From positions 240,622,001 through 240,686,000 of the forward strand of contig OZ024742.1 of the NCBI GenBank assembly GCA_964016885.1: a DNA stretch of 64,000 nucleotides. The letters run 5' to 3'. Source of the stretch: Eledone cirrhosa (lineage: Eukaryota). Made by a program: the position numbers and the translations under genes. The first letter of the stretch is position 1. Each line of letters opens with the position of its first letter. Below, piece after piece: positions 44,599 through 59,366 of this stretch. Under the pieces are notes generated by a model, which was given only the letters and a program-made list of their open reading frames with translations, was not told the DNA's origin and did no database searches.

Positions 44599-45198
44599 AC
44601 CAGTTGGTGCTACTGGTAACATGTATCCCAGTACAACCTGTCCCATGGTCGGGTCGTTGGCGACTAAACTGGCAACCCTACCAAGGTTTCTTGGTGAGGA
44701 GGGTGACTTTGGACATCCTGCAGGACTAAAAACAAAACCTGTCAAAGGGCAAAGGAGCTCTTAAGAGTCAATGGCCATCCAAAATCACCGGGAGAGATGA
44801 CCCCTTAGCCTTTGTCAAGGCAGAATTCTAGGAGAAGGAAAACTCTGATATAACACCTGCAACCCTGATGGTATCCAATGATGTTGACTTGTTCTTCTTT
44901 TTGGTAAATATCATCTTGGTTAAGAGAGTGGGACTGGCTTTGTGCAGTGCCTTTGCTCACTATAAAAGCTTCACGGCACAGGCATTGCTTTATATCTGGA
45001 GATCTCTCTGCACTTGTCCTCACATGGTACCATGGGCCCAGCACTATGTGTCAATAATTGTCACAAGTGTAGTATTTGTACCAGAGTTTTCAAGTCGCTG
45101 GCTGGACTAAAAAGTCACACTCGTTCAGCGCATCGGTAGACGTTCTCCTACATGGATATAAAGTAGTGGCCGTACTCGAAAACGAGTTGGCAGCCACC
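44599..45198 (+). mobile_element. Non-autonomous RTE derivative flanked by a long direct repeat
   Basis: Near-identical reverse complement of 11367-11966. Direct repeat at 44414-44598 / 45199-45359. Confidence 0.8.
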
Positions 45199-45201
45199 AT
45201 G

Positions 45202-45239
<38 letters not shown>

Positions 45240-45316
45240 ACGAAGGAAATGTGGTAAGGAACCAGGTGGACCATAACGCACCAAAGTACTCAATACTTAG
45301 GGTAGTAGAGTGGGTA

Positions 45317-45439
45317 ATAGGAACAAGTAAGACCCCGACGGCTGAGCTCAAGCCGTTTCGACGGCTAATTCTGGATATCGTCCAGAATTAGCCGTCGAAA
45401 CGGCTTGAGCTCAGCCGTCGGGGTCTTACTTGTTCCTAT
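45317..45439. repeat. Perfect palindrome (5-nt loop) built from an HHR 3' half
   Basis: The right arm matches 59032-59090; it contains GAAACGGCTTGAGCTCAGCCGTC. Confidence 0.9.
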
Positions 45440-45530
45440 ATATATATATATATAAATATATATATATACATATATGTAAATATATATGCATAGATATGTA
45501 TATATATGTATAAATATGTATATCTATATA

Positions 45531-45667
<137 letters not shown>

Positions 45668-45898
45668 GTATATATGTATATACATATATGTAAATATATA
45701 TGTATATATACATATATATTTGTGTGTATATATATATACACACACACACACACACATATATATATTGTTGAAAAAGGGGGTAAAGTTCCATGCAAAACAA
45801 AGGTTATAGTAAAAAGTGGGAGTGAAAATGCACAGAAATCTCTTTAAATATCTTTTTTTTAATCCGACAGAATGAATAAGTTTATAATTGTTGCATTA

Positions 45899-45941
45899 AA
45901 TATAACCGGTTTCGATTGATATAACAATCTTATCAAATATT
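45899..45941 (-). ncRNA. Minimal HHR, C3U/G8A variant
   Basis: aauau UUGAUAA gauug-uuauau-caauc GAAAC CG GUU auauu. All three stems are intact. Confidence 0.7.
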
Positions 45942-46104
45942 ATATATTAAATAATAAAGTACCAGTAATACACTGCGATAATTGCTGGCCTTGTGCGAAA
46001 AGTAGAAACAATTATATATTAAATGTTAAATATTTGAAAAATTGTTTTTTTTTCATGTATTCTGTGAGCATTTCAAATAGATGTGAGTTTTCTGTCAAAA
46101 TTTC

Positions 46105-46181
<77 letters not shown>

Positions 46182-47189
46182 TCTTTATAAAGGTGCAGTA
46201 GGTAGGGTTTAACAGGACAGGATTCAATTGAATTCACTTCAAAATAGAAAATGTTCTTACTATTCTGACTAATTGGCATTTCTAAGCTGTGTGAGGTTCA
46301 ATTGTGTCGAAAGGTCAGTATTAGGGATTTCTGAAACTGAAAAAATTTTTAGGAGTGGATACAGAATTTATCTTTTGTTTTGTGGTAAGTGTGTGCGTGC
46401 GTGCGTGTGTGTTCCCCTTATATCAGGAGAACAAAACTGTTTTTAGGGGTTGTAGATAAAAGTAAGAATATAAACATAAATATGAACATAGTTGAAAAGG
46501 GTCCTGTGTGTATAAGGCGGGGGTGGGGTAGGCGTTGCACAGGCTGGGTTCATGGCGGATTTGACTGGACCAAACGGCACCAAATTTGCACCAGAGATGT
46601 AACTTTTTCCAAGTAAGAAAGTGAGGGTATTTTTGTCTACTGAATTTTGTTAAAAGATTAAAGACATTATTTAAATATTCACTTCTTTAAAATTTTCAAA
46701 TGTCAACACTTCCGGTTATACAACATTCCTAACGTCTTCACGAACCAAAGTATCATCTTCCTGTTTTCTTTCGGTTGCAACGTTTTTCGAAATATTTACT
46801 TCTGCGTTCACAGATTTTAGTTTCAGAAGATCCCGTTAAGGGTGAAAGCAGCGATTCTTTGCTTAAACTTTAATCTGTTATTTTAATATATATATAATTA
46901 TATATTCGTGTACAGATATTTTTGCATACACAAAAACAAAATATAAACAAACGTATTTATTTCACGAAAGCACAGAGGGGTTATCGTCATTGCTACTGCC
47001 GAGATGCCACCCAAAAAGTCCCAGCCTGGCCGCAAGATCAGATTTTCCAGAAGAAAATGTTATAACAAACGTATTTATTTCACGAAAGCACAGGCGGCTT
47101 ATGCTTATTGTTACTGCTGATATGCCACCCAAAAAGTCCTAGCCTGGCCGCAAGATCAGATTTTACAGAAGAAAAAATGTTACTAGAGC

Positions 47190-47372
47190 AACAGAGACTA
47201 AGCTTCGCGATTAACATCAACAAAGCTCAGAATCAAACCCTAAATGTGGCTGGCCTTCATCTGGGAAAACCATGGTCAATTGTATGTAGGATGCTCTAGG
47301 TTGAGCTCGCTAATCTCTTCATCTTTGCTCCCGAGGGTCGAACAAAAAATATTGTATACTCTGAGGCTCTAA
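47190..47372 (+). pseudogene. Helitron RepHel PIF1-helicase C-terminal remnant
   Basis: RLSFAININKAQNQTL..AGLHL, then (frameshifted) HGQLYVGCSR and TKNIVYSEAL. Confidence 0.8.
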
Positions 47373-48204
47373 CAATCCAATTCATGTATTTTCTGCTACT
47401 TGGAATTTCCATTATGGTTGTACAAATTATTGTAAAGTTTGTTAAAAAATGTGTTTTCTGTTCAACCTTTATTGTTGTAACTATCAATTTTCTTTAACGT
47501 ACTGGCTGAGAGAGGAAACCTACAATGAAAGAACATCTTAAAGTTTACTCAAGCCAAATGTATTAACATTTCTATCTGTAGGTTCTTAGCAAGCTTACTG
47601 GCGCTTTAGTATGGTATTCAATTCTCATACCGTCTTTTGATTGATATGTTGCATATATCGCAGCTATTCATGTTTTAAACATTACATAACGATTGCTGAT
47701 GTATATTGTACGACAGAATTAGCTGAAAAATATTTTGAATGAACAAATAAAAGAGAGATGTTTGTTGGTTGGTTCCTTCGCGTATCACACGAAAACAAAA
47801 ATGAAAGTGACAATCAGAAAGTATTTACAAGATTGGGATAAGAGTATATCCATGAAAGTTTATTGATACTAATTTTATAACACCAAAGAAGAAGAAAGAC
47901 ATACCACGTATGCTAACCAGCCTGACTGCTATTTCTAGCAGGTTGGGAATCAACCATAAGGGATTCTCTCTCGAGTTCGTTGTCAGTGATGATCGTGTTT
48001 CGCGGCCTGTCTCCGATTCCAACGGTGGTTTACACACACACACACATACACACACATACATACACGCACACACACACGCACACACACGAACACACACAGG
48101 CACACACACACACGCATATATATATATATACACACACATGTATATATATATACATACACACACATACACACACACGAACATTCACACATATATCTATATA
48201 TACA

Positions 48205-48299
<95 letters not shown>

Positions 48300-48782
48300 C
48301 ACACACACAGTACACACACACTGTAAACAAGACAATGCATTCAATACAGAGGTTTTCTCTTCTGCCGGTCTTCTCTTATCATTTGTTAACCTTGGCGAAG
48401 CTGGGTACCTCAGCAAGTCAGAATATAATAAAGAGAGGCGAGCCGGACTGCGTCCAGAATATATATTTTTTTATCCCGTTTTTAAAATAAGTTGGATTAC
48501 TTTGAATAAATAATGAATGAATATTACATAATTTATCAACTAAATTTCGTAGCTCTTGATTAAATATAAATAATTTTATTACTTATTTCAAGATTCACTT
48601 CTTTAAAATTTACAAATGTCAAAACTTCTGGTTAGCGCCCGTTATATTATAACACTTATTACAATGCTTATATAAACGTTCATATATTTCCGTCGCCAAT
48701 TTTCTCCTAATGCAGTTTATATGTAATATCGTCTTTTTTAAATGTATCATGGATTACTGATTGCAGAAGACAGTGTAACACA

Positions 48783-49025
48783 TCTAAGGCGGGTAAAATT
48801 CCCGAGACCCATGGACGAGTTCTCTCCAGCGGTCTCTGTCCCTCATTATCGCTGCCATGTCCTGCATCTCCAACAGACCAGTGTCTGTCCTTAGGGCATC
48901 AACATACGTTAACCTTGGTCTTCCTCTTCTAGTGTGTCCATGTAGGGGCTCCCACAGGCGCACTGAGTGCAATGTCAACTCTGGATGTCGGTGAGCATGT
49001 CCAGCCAACCTCAGTCTCCTTTGTA
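48783..49025 (-). mobile_element. RTE/RTEX LINE 3' end fragment
   Basis: RLAGH..RH....LWEP.HG..RRGRP..TYVD....DR..W. Confidence 0.75.
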
Positions 49026-49363
49026 TGGGAGCATCCCAAAAGTCAGCTCAAAAGTGTAACACAGTCTTTCTTCAATGTGTGTACATATTGTCAATTACAA
49101 TTTATTTGACGTATCATATCCAAATGCATATATATTTGCGCATAATATAAATATGTACACTACACATGCTAGCATAAAACCACCCGATGGGTGGTTTTTC
49201 TGCTAGTATAATCTAATTGAAGCAAATTTCTTGTGTAAATTGTTGTGATTAGGCTGCGCATGTATGTGCGTATGTCTGTGTTCCATTCTGAGTTCCATTC
49301 TGAGTTCCATTCTGTTATAAAATTACCTCGAAATTACCGTATTTCCCGTATTTCCCGTAAGTA

Positions 49364-49750
49364 CCGTATTTCCCGGCGCCGATGACGCTTCGTCCTCGAG
49401 GACGCACCCAAATTTTGACAACCAAAAATTTGAAAAAAAAAAAAAAAAATTATAATAATTGTTTCTACTTTTGGCACAAGGCCAGCAATTACCCAATGCA
49501 TTACTGGTACTTTATTCTATCGACCCTGGAAGGATGAAAGGCAAAGTTAACCTCGGCTGGATTTGAACTCAGATCATACAGGGAGGTAACTCTATGCTTC
49601 AAAGCATGGCATCCGATCCTCTACCGATACTGCCAATCCACCGCAAAAAAAAAAATAATAATAAACGACCTTCGGCCTCCAGGATGCATGGTAGATTTCT
49701 GAGACTTTTTTTTATGAAAAAAGTAGCGTCTTCGACGCCGGGAAATACGG
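49364..49750. mobile_element. pogo/Tigger-like MITE containing a SINE (about 49455-49645, minus strand)
   Basis: TIR ccgtatttcccggcg.cga.gacgct at both ends; TA TSD. Confidence 0.82.
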
Positions 49751-50473
49751 TACGTGCTTTTTCTCTTTTGTTCAACAATGCTAAAGTGTTACAAAAGAAA
49801 AGAAGAAAACCATGAACCAAAACTAGTTTATCAAACAAGTCTAATACTGAATTTGAAATTCTAATGAGCACGAACACACGTTATTATTGTAAACAAGACA
49901 TTTAAAACTGAATAAACAAATAGATAAATAAATAAAAGAAACTAGGTATATTTTGAAGTTGTTGAAATGGCTGGACAAGAAAGTTTAACAATATCATCCC
50001 GCATTGAAGAATACAAGAGAGAAAGATGGTTGATTAATGTTATTGGGAATAAAAAATCTTGCACAATTTGTACCGTAGAAAATTTGGAAATTCTCTTTGC
50101 TAAGGTCCTTGAGCAAACTTCCTGAACCCGTTTCTTTATGCACAGGAATTTAGCACTTATAAATATTTTAATTCTTTCAGCCTGCCCTGGCCGCTAATGA
50201 GTATATTTGTTTTCCCCCATCATTTACTTATTCACTGTATGTTATTTATTACTTATTAACTTTAATCTACTCTCTGCCTTCACGGGGATTAAATTTCCAT
50301 TAACTATACTATATTACAATTACATCTGCCAATGCTCCCTATATATTCTGGTATCACTCCTCGTATTCACATATATCCTTATATATTTACTCTATTTCTT
50401 CTTCACTATACACTATAGAAATTCCTTTCAATAACTTTTAAGTCCCCCTCTTACTATTGTCCCTGTATATATA

Positions 50474-51058
<585 letters not shown>

Positions 51059-51777
51059 TGTATATTCATTTCCCCCTCCTGTTGGTCCTCATATATTCCT
51101 CTTCTTATACTCATCTACAATCTATTATCGATATAATCACTCCTTAATTTAACAGCAGTGGATATATTAACAAAAATTAAATAATCACGCGATCAACGCA
51201 ATGTTGTTCTACCTTTTTCTTTTCTCCTAGTTAGGTTTGCGAAGCATAAATGCATTCCACAATTAAACCGTAATTATCCTCAAATTATATTTATCTTTCA
51301 TTCTGTCTACAAATTATTAAATGAATTAATTGATTTATTACTACTCTTAAATTTGATAACCCCCCCCCCCCCCCCGCACCACCCTGCACCACCCTGCACC
51401 ACCCTGCACCACCCTCGTATTATTCATATTATTCATTGATTGTACATTTAATTGATTCAGCGAAGTCTACATATTCTTCCTATAGTGCTCGTTTATTTTT
51501 AATTAATAGACTGAATGTGTTCAAAATAGCAGTAATTAAATTTTTGGTTTGTCCATCCTATAACATTACCTGTTTGTTTTCCGCTTTCCATTTCTCATCC
51601 ATTATCTTCCTCTTAATTTGTTCTTAAAGATAAGACAAACAATAAAATAATATATTCTATTAGTAAATCGTAATTATCCTCAGATTACAACTACCATATA
51701 TTCAGTTTACAAAGCGATACACTGATTAATTGATTGATTTATTGATTAATCTATTGATAGTTATTGAATTTAAAACT

Positions 51778-52935
51778 CTTCTTCTTCTTCTTCTTCTTCT
51801 TCTTCTTCTTCTTCTTCTTCTTCTTTGCCATTTATTCCTGAAAGGGTCGTGGGGACAGAGTCCTCAAACAATCCTTCAAGCAATTCCTGTCAGAAGCAAC
51901 CGTCTCCAACTGACCCTGCTCTATTCGCCAGCGAAACCAGCAAAGCTCATGGATGTTATCCAACCCTCTTGCTCGGGATCTACCCCTGGGCCTCTTGCCA
52001 GTTGGTTTTGCAGGTAAAATCTGTCCAGCGATTCTTTCCTACGACATTCTAACCGGAGATGTGATTTCTCAATTCGGAGAAGTAGCAGCTCTATCTCAAG
52101 TGACTCTATTCTCCAAGCTACAAACTCTATTAAGTAATGTTAGACCCTTCGGAAGGACCCCATTTCGGCCGCTTGTATTCGCGATCGTATTATTTTGGTC
52201 ATTACTCAAGATCCATGACCATAAGTAAGGGTTGGCATGAATACCGAATTGAAGATAGCGAGTTTGGCTTTTACACCTCCTCCCCATCTTCTGATTATCA
52301 AATGCTGAAGCTGGTGAATGTCTACACCAGCTCATGCAATTCTTGTACTTAATTCTGTCTCCTGCCTTCCATCACTTGTGAACACAGCCCCGAGATACTT
52401 GAACTTCTCCACATGCTTCAGTGGAACTCCATTCACATGTAGAGTGCACTGCACAGGCTTCCTTGAGAGGACGAGTGTCTCAGTTTTCGCAGCACTGATT
52501 TTCATTCCAGCCATGCAACACTCAGCATCAAACCTGTCGAGTGCAAGTCGGAGATCATCTTCTGTCAATTAAATTAACATCATGTCCTTTGCAAATTTCA
52601 GCCGACTGATTTCACACCTGCCGGTCATGATACAACTTATAACCCAGCTGCGCATGTCAATCCTGTTGATGTAAATAATGAACAGGAGAGGTGACAGTAT
52701 GCACCCCTGGCGGAGTCCGACTCCCACATTGAATGGTTTTGATTTAGCACCTTTTATCCAAACACAAATACTTGGGTATTCGTATAGAGACATCAGGGCA
52801 GCAAGAAGCTGACCATCGATCCCATACTCCTGCAGAACCTTTAACAATAGGTCCTGTGGAACGCGGTCCTATGCCTTTTCAAGACCGGCAAATCAAGAAT
52901 ATACCCCTTGGCAATACTCCCTCGATTTCTCGAAG
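51778..52935 (-). mobile_element. 5'-truncated RTE-type LINE with (GAA)n tail
   Basis: GLRQGCILSPLLF, KISAAKTE, VEKFKYLG; (TTC)n at 51778-51825. Confidence 0.85.
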
Positions 52936-53214
52936 ACCTGCAACTATTACACTTTGACGGAATCCACTTCAGATCCGCCAACCTCTAAAACCCCAAACGG
53001 GGAGGAATGAGGCAAAATGGGGAGATTTTACATAATGAAAGCTATACCCATTTCCACAAGAAAATACATCTCTCATACCCCCTTCCAAAGTGGCTGGGAG
53101 ATCTCCCCGTCGGATGGGGAGAGTTGACAGGTCTGCCACTTTGACGGAGTCTACTTTGCTCACATCTGTTGTGGCTACCACCAGAATGTATAGGCATGCA
53201 GAATGTACTGTTTG

Positions 53215-53249
<35 letters not shown>

Positions 53250-53884
53250 AGAGAAAGAGAAGAGGGGAAGAGAGAGAGATATGTAATAGAGGCAGAGAGA
53301 GAAACAGGGAATAAGGAAAAAGGTAAGAGAAATAATAGGATGGAAGAGAGAGAGGGAGGGAGAGAGAGAGCGAGAGAGAGAGAGACTGTTTTATTTTCAT
53401 AAAGACTTTTAAAGTGATATTCTTATTCTACCAACTGTCAAAAACTACAGACCTGCTAACCCCTAAAAACCCAAACGGGGAGCACCATGAAAATGAGGCA
53501 AAATGGTGAGAAGACACCTCTCATCCACCCCAAAGCGCGGGGAGAGTTGACAGGTTTGAAAACTAATCTAATCTTATTTATTTATTTCCTATTTTGGCCT
53601 TAATATTTTACAATCATTTAACGTATCGCTTGCCGACTTATCCATGTGGATTCTTTTAAATAAGTTTACCCATGAATTCTTTTCGCCCTCCTTCAACTCC
53701 TTCTTTTAATACTGTATTTTTAAATGTATATAAAATGGGTCCGCTTTATATTGTTACATAAATTTAGTATAATATATATCGTTTAATATGTTACAATGAC
53801 CAGTCATATCTTTCGTAATCTGAAGTTGAAACAACATTAAATACTTCCTTTTTCAACATCACATAAAATTCAGTGTGCATAATA

Positions 53885-54707
<823 letters not shown>

Positions 54708-55139
54708 TTCTGTATATATAACGTTTTGCTATCTGCACTCACAAACATGCTGATACATGTTTTTTTCTATCCTCTTACTGGTTTCAGTAACATATAGACT
54801 GCAGAATCTATTTAAGTTTGGTAATTTTACAAAATTATTAAAGAAATAATTTGCTATTGGGATGAGGACTGAAATTGTAAAAAAATTTAAAATAATTATA
54901 CATGATAATAATTATACATAAAATAATTTATTATAATAATACATAATAATTATACATAAAATAATTTATTAATGATTACAAAATTAAATTAGTGACAAAA
55001 TATTCCTTTTAACTAATTTATTGATTTATTCCATTTGCGGCATAGAAAATAATTACTGTCCTTAACAATTAGCAAGTATTCAGTACAAACAGTTAAACAA
55101 AACTAAATTTAATAATAATCCCTTTTTTATTTAAAACAT

Positions 55140-57230
55140 TCTTTTCCGTGATTTTTCCCTAGCAAAATCATCAATTATTTCATCGAAAGGAGTGCAGCGT
55201 AACTTATCACTTTCTATACACAGAAGAGTAAGTACAGTCCGTCTATCTTGCGAGATATTTGTTCGAAGTTCATTTTAAAAATTCTTTTTAGCGGTGAAAA
55301 AGATCTTTCTCCTGTGCTATTTGTAACCATTAAGCATAGGGATAATCATAAACTACCTTCTATGTTTGTAAAAGTTTTGTAGATTATTTGATATAGAAAC
55401 TTGAGGCAAACATGTTCATCTTTTTGGATAATTTTACTTCACATAAACATGAAAATGTTTCAATTCACCAGCAAAGTTCATATCAACATCGTTAGGATAT
55501 TGTTTAATAATTGCTGTCACTGCATCACGCAGTCGCTCTTCTGAAGAATGTAAATTTACTAGAAACTAACATTTCTCTGCATCATAATTATATACTGTTG
55601 CTCTTTTATTTAAGTTTGTGTGAAGCGCATCCACAATAGAAATAACAGATTTTTCTCTAAATGTATCTCTTGAGACAGTTCTTCATCTGTGTCAAGCGTA
55701 GCTCCACCATTGGGCATTTTCATTTGTGGATCCTGAATAGTTTTACTAACTTTATGAGACTCTTGCAGCAAACGACTCTATAAACAAAGCATAATAACTG
55801 TTTCTACGTTAGGCACAAGGCCAGCAAATACCCAGTACATTACTGGTACTTTATTTTATCGACCCCGTAAGGATGAAAGGCAAAGTTAACCTCGGCGGGA
55901 TTTGAACTCAGATCGTAAAGATACGTAACTCTATGCTTCAAAGCATGGTGTCCGACTCTCTACCGATACTGCCAATCCACCGCATAATAACGAATTCTAA
56001 TTCTTCAAATTTTGCAAGAGCACTGTACGTTTGTATCGCCTACTTCACTTTCGTTAGAATGGAAATAATTAAGAGCTTTAATAAGTGACCATCATGTTCT
56101 ATTGCACACATAGAGTTGGCACGAGCCTCCCATCTGATATCAGACAGAGACTTTGGAAGATTGAGCTGCGATTTCAAGAATCCTAACATCAAAACCCACC
56201 TCTTTGTAGAAGATGAAAAGAAAACGTATATTACTTGAAAAACGCTAAAAAAAGTTTACTGCATCTAAGCATCAATCTTCTGCAGAACGACCAACAAGAT
56301 TAAAAAAATTGACCCGCACAAGGATATATACAACATGCTTGTTTATCTCTAGAATTTTCTCTTGCATGTTTGCTGCATTATCACAAGATTGTCCTCTGCA
56401 TTTAGTAAAATCAATTCTACAATCTTTACCAAGATAGTTCACCATCTTATCTACTATATTATACCACTGTGATTCTTCAATTCTAAGAATGTCAAAAATC
56501 ATCCAGCAGGCGATATATACCTGACTAAACAGTTAGTTGATCAACATGAGACAAATCTGGCGTGGATTCGAGTAACAAACTGAAATAGCTATTTTTCTCA
56601 AATCATTCACAATTGATTTTCTTACTTTGTTGGCCATAAGAATAACAATTTCATCACATATTCTTTTAGACAAATATGAAGGAATTCCAGTTCCTCTGCT
56701 TTTGTGTTGTTTTATGTGATTAGCAACAAAGGGATCAAACTTATCTATCAATTCTAAAATTTCAAAATAGTTACCATTATCTGCTGATCCAAAAGTTTCA
56801 TTGCTTCCTCTAAATGCTAATCCACGGTCTGCTAATGAACATATAACCGCAATGACGCGCTCAAGGACACTTACCTAATATTGTTCTGCTTTTATATTTT
56901 CGGTTAATTTTGAATTCAAAGTTAAACCGCGCTTTCTTGAAAAATGCGTAAGCAAACCTGTTCTATGGACTTTTGAGTTTTTATGAGTTTTAATTACACT
57001 AAGATTTCGCCTATCATTAAATCCTTCAGAAGATAATTGTGAAGTTGATGACTGGATATGAATACAGACAAAGTAATAAACACAATCCGTTGGAGAGTAT
57101 ACAAGCCACGAACGTATATTTTTCCATTAAATTTTCGAGGATGAAAAATATTTTTTGAACAATATCTATTTTGATTTTTGAATACCCGTTTAGAGTTTCA
57201 AACGAACTATTTCAATACTGACACCCAGAA
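55140..57230 (-). pseudogene. hAT transposase relic (ZMYM1/Tip100-like, DUF4371-type region and C-terminal dimerisation region)
   Basis: LAFRG..GNY..FDP..H..YLS..I; CRGQS.DNAANM; C-terminal TN..GERSFS. Heavily frameshifted; interrupted by a SINE at 55799-55982 with TSD gcataataac. Confidence 0.8.
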
Positions 57231-58980
57231 GGACATTTAGTGAACACATTGTATTAACTAAAATAATTGAGTTTTTAAAATGTATTTCTATTTGTAGATG
57301 AACACTCCGCTACATCAATAGGGCTCACATTTTCATCACTTCTTTTTTATATTATTTAATGGTTTTGACGATTTCCATACAGAGGAACATAATGCTACCT
57401 CCTTCTCTATTTGAATGAAACATGTGTAAATCAATTAAATAATTGTTTCTACTTTTGGCACAAGACCGGTAAATAACCAGTACATTACTGGTATTTTATT
57501 TTATCGACCCCGTAAGGATGAAAGGCAAAGTTAACCTCGACGAGATTTGAACTCAGACCGTAAAGAGACGTTAAAGCAATTACATAATGTATTAAACATT
57601 GGTTATTTATTTATTCATTCTATATATGCTTCGTGATGTTATAAAACTACTACGACTGCAAATTTACAAATTGAATTAAATTCTGAACTGTGTTTTACCA
57701 ATCTTACTGTGGATAATAAAATCGCATTCGAGGCTTTGAATATCTGCATGCCTTATACAGTTGAATTATTAACTCATCTGATCTACCTCATAACCGCATA
57801 TATATATAACGATAAAAGGGCTGAAACACCCCACTTGCCGACTTTGTAAAGGGTAACCCCTGCTTACAAAGGTAGACGTAACTTTTTTGTATGGATTTTC
57901 TTATATATTTTTTATCGTTTCCTCTATGTTTCCTTCTTCCCCCCATCCATTCCTAGTCCTTCCACCCCAGATCTCCTTCTTTGTCGTCGTTCTTTTCACC
58001 TTCTCGCCCACCCCGAGGCAGCCCTTCGGTCCTCTGTAGCCTCAGTACCCCACCCCCCTTATTCTATGATAGAATTGGCCGATTCCGCTTTTTATAGCAG
58101 ATGTACTAGACCCCAGATACTTGCTTTCTTCTCTGATTGTTGCCCCATTTCCGTGATTTCTTAGTGGTATTTCTGCTTTAGTTTCTCGTATATCAGTATT
58201 TTTTGGTGGTGGTGGTGGTGGTGGTGGTGGTGGTGGTGGTGGTGGTGGTGGTGGTGGTGGTGGTGGGGGGGGGGGGGGGGGGGGGGGGGAATTCTGAATT
58301 AATTTTTCGTATTAGTTTTTCATATATTTCGTACGAGCATTTATGTAGTTTGTATTAGAATTTATGTATTGTAGCAATACTCATATATATCGTATTATTA
58401 TTCATGTTTCGGGATCCTGAATTAATATTTCGTATTAGTTTCGGGACGCTAATTATTATTTCGTATTAGTTTTTCTTTTTTTAGTATTTTGGCCCCCTAC
58501 TTGTTGACCTGTCATTCTAAGATAGATTTGGCCGATTACTACTAACTCATAAAATTCTTTCACTACAATCTCGTATTTAGTATTCCGTCGCACCTATTAA
58601 ACTTTTTTATAGCTTAGTAGTACCAGTGAGAGATTTTATGATTGTGGAAGGGGAATAGTAACCAGAAATTGTGTTTTTTTGATATTTTAAATATTTTAAA
58701 TATTTTTCTATATATTTACTCCATATAGATTTACTTATTGTTTCGACTTCCTCCCTCCTCCCCTTCTCTAGTATACTTTTTTCAACCCCCTATCCTTTGA
58801 ATCTGCTGTAGTTGTCACTTTCAACGCTCGACTGGGTTTCTTCCACTCCCTCTCCCTCTTTCTTCTACTGGCAAGTTCAGCTACCCCTACCTCCCACAAA
58901 ATGCCATGATAGAATCATGTGTCTCAACAACAAACTTTTGACCAATCCTTGTGACAATCACTTTTACCATATATGGAATT

Positions 58981-59076
58981 ACCCCCTGAGAAGTTCGGCT
59001 ATTCATTTAACAGGATAAAAATGTTCATTTAGTCCAGAATTAGCCGTCGAAACGGCTTGAGCTCAGCCGTCGGGGT
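58981..59076 (+). ncRNA. HHR with extended stem III and long loop 2 (core CUGAGAA)
   Basis: acccc CUGAGAA g-uucggcua..uagccg-uc GAAA cggcu-ugagcuc-agccg UC ggggu. Confidence 0.6.
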
Positions 59077-59121
59077 CCTACTCGTTCCTATATATATATA
59101 GATACACACACACACACACAT

Positions 59122-59172
<51 letters not shown>

Positions 59173-59295
59173 GGAGGTGAGTTTTATTGTAGTACAATAA
59201 AGCAATGCAGATATCGGATAAGAAGCACTCTACAATTTGTAGGACTGGAGTATACATAATATATAAGATCAAAAGATGGTTAAAAGAGTTCCATG

Positions 59296-59366
59296 TATTT
59301 TATTATGCGCATTTCAAAAACAAATTTCATCATACAATAACATTTGTGTTTTCATCAGATAAAATA
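59296..59366 (-). ncRNA. Canonical-core HHR (inverted arm)
   Basis: uauuuuau CUGAUGA aaac..guuuuu GAAA ugcgca UA auaaaaua. Confidence 0.72.

Noticed and set aside
44599-44680. HDV-like fold in the first RTE-derivative head (ccagt/actgg, gg-tcg..cga-ctaa)
   Set aside because: P2, P4 and J4/2-like parts are visible, but no P1 or P3 could be assigned.
52934-53558. Two short units with agacctgc..aac / gttgacagg ends
   Set aside because: Likely decayed hAT MITEs, but the TIRs are imperfect and no TSD was confirmed.
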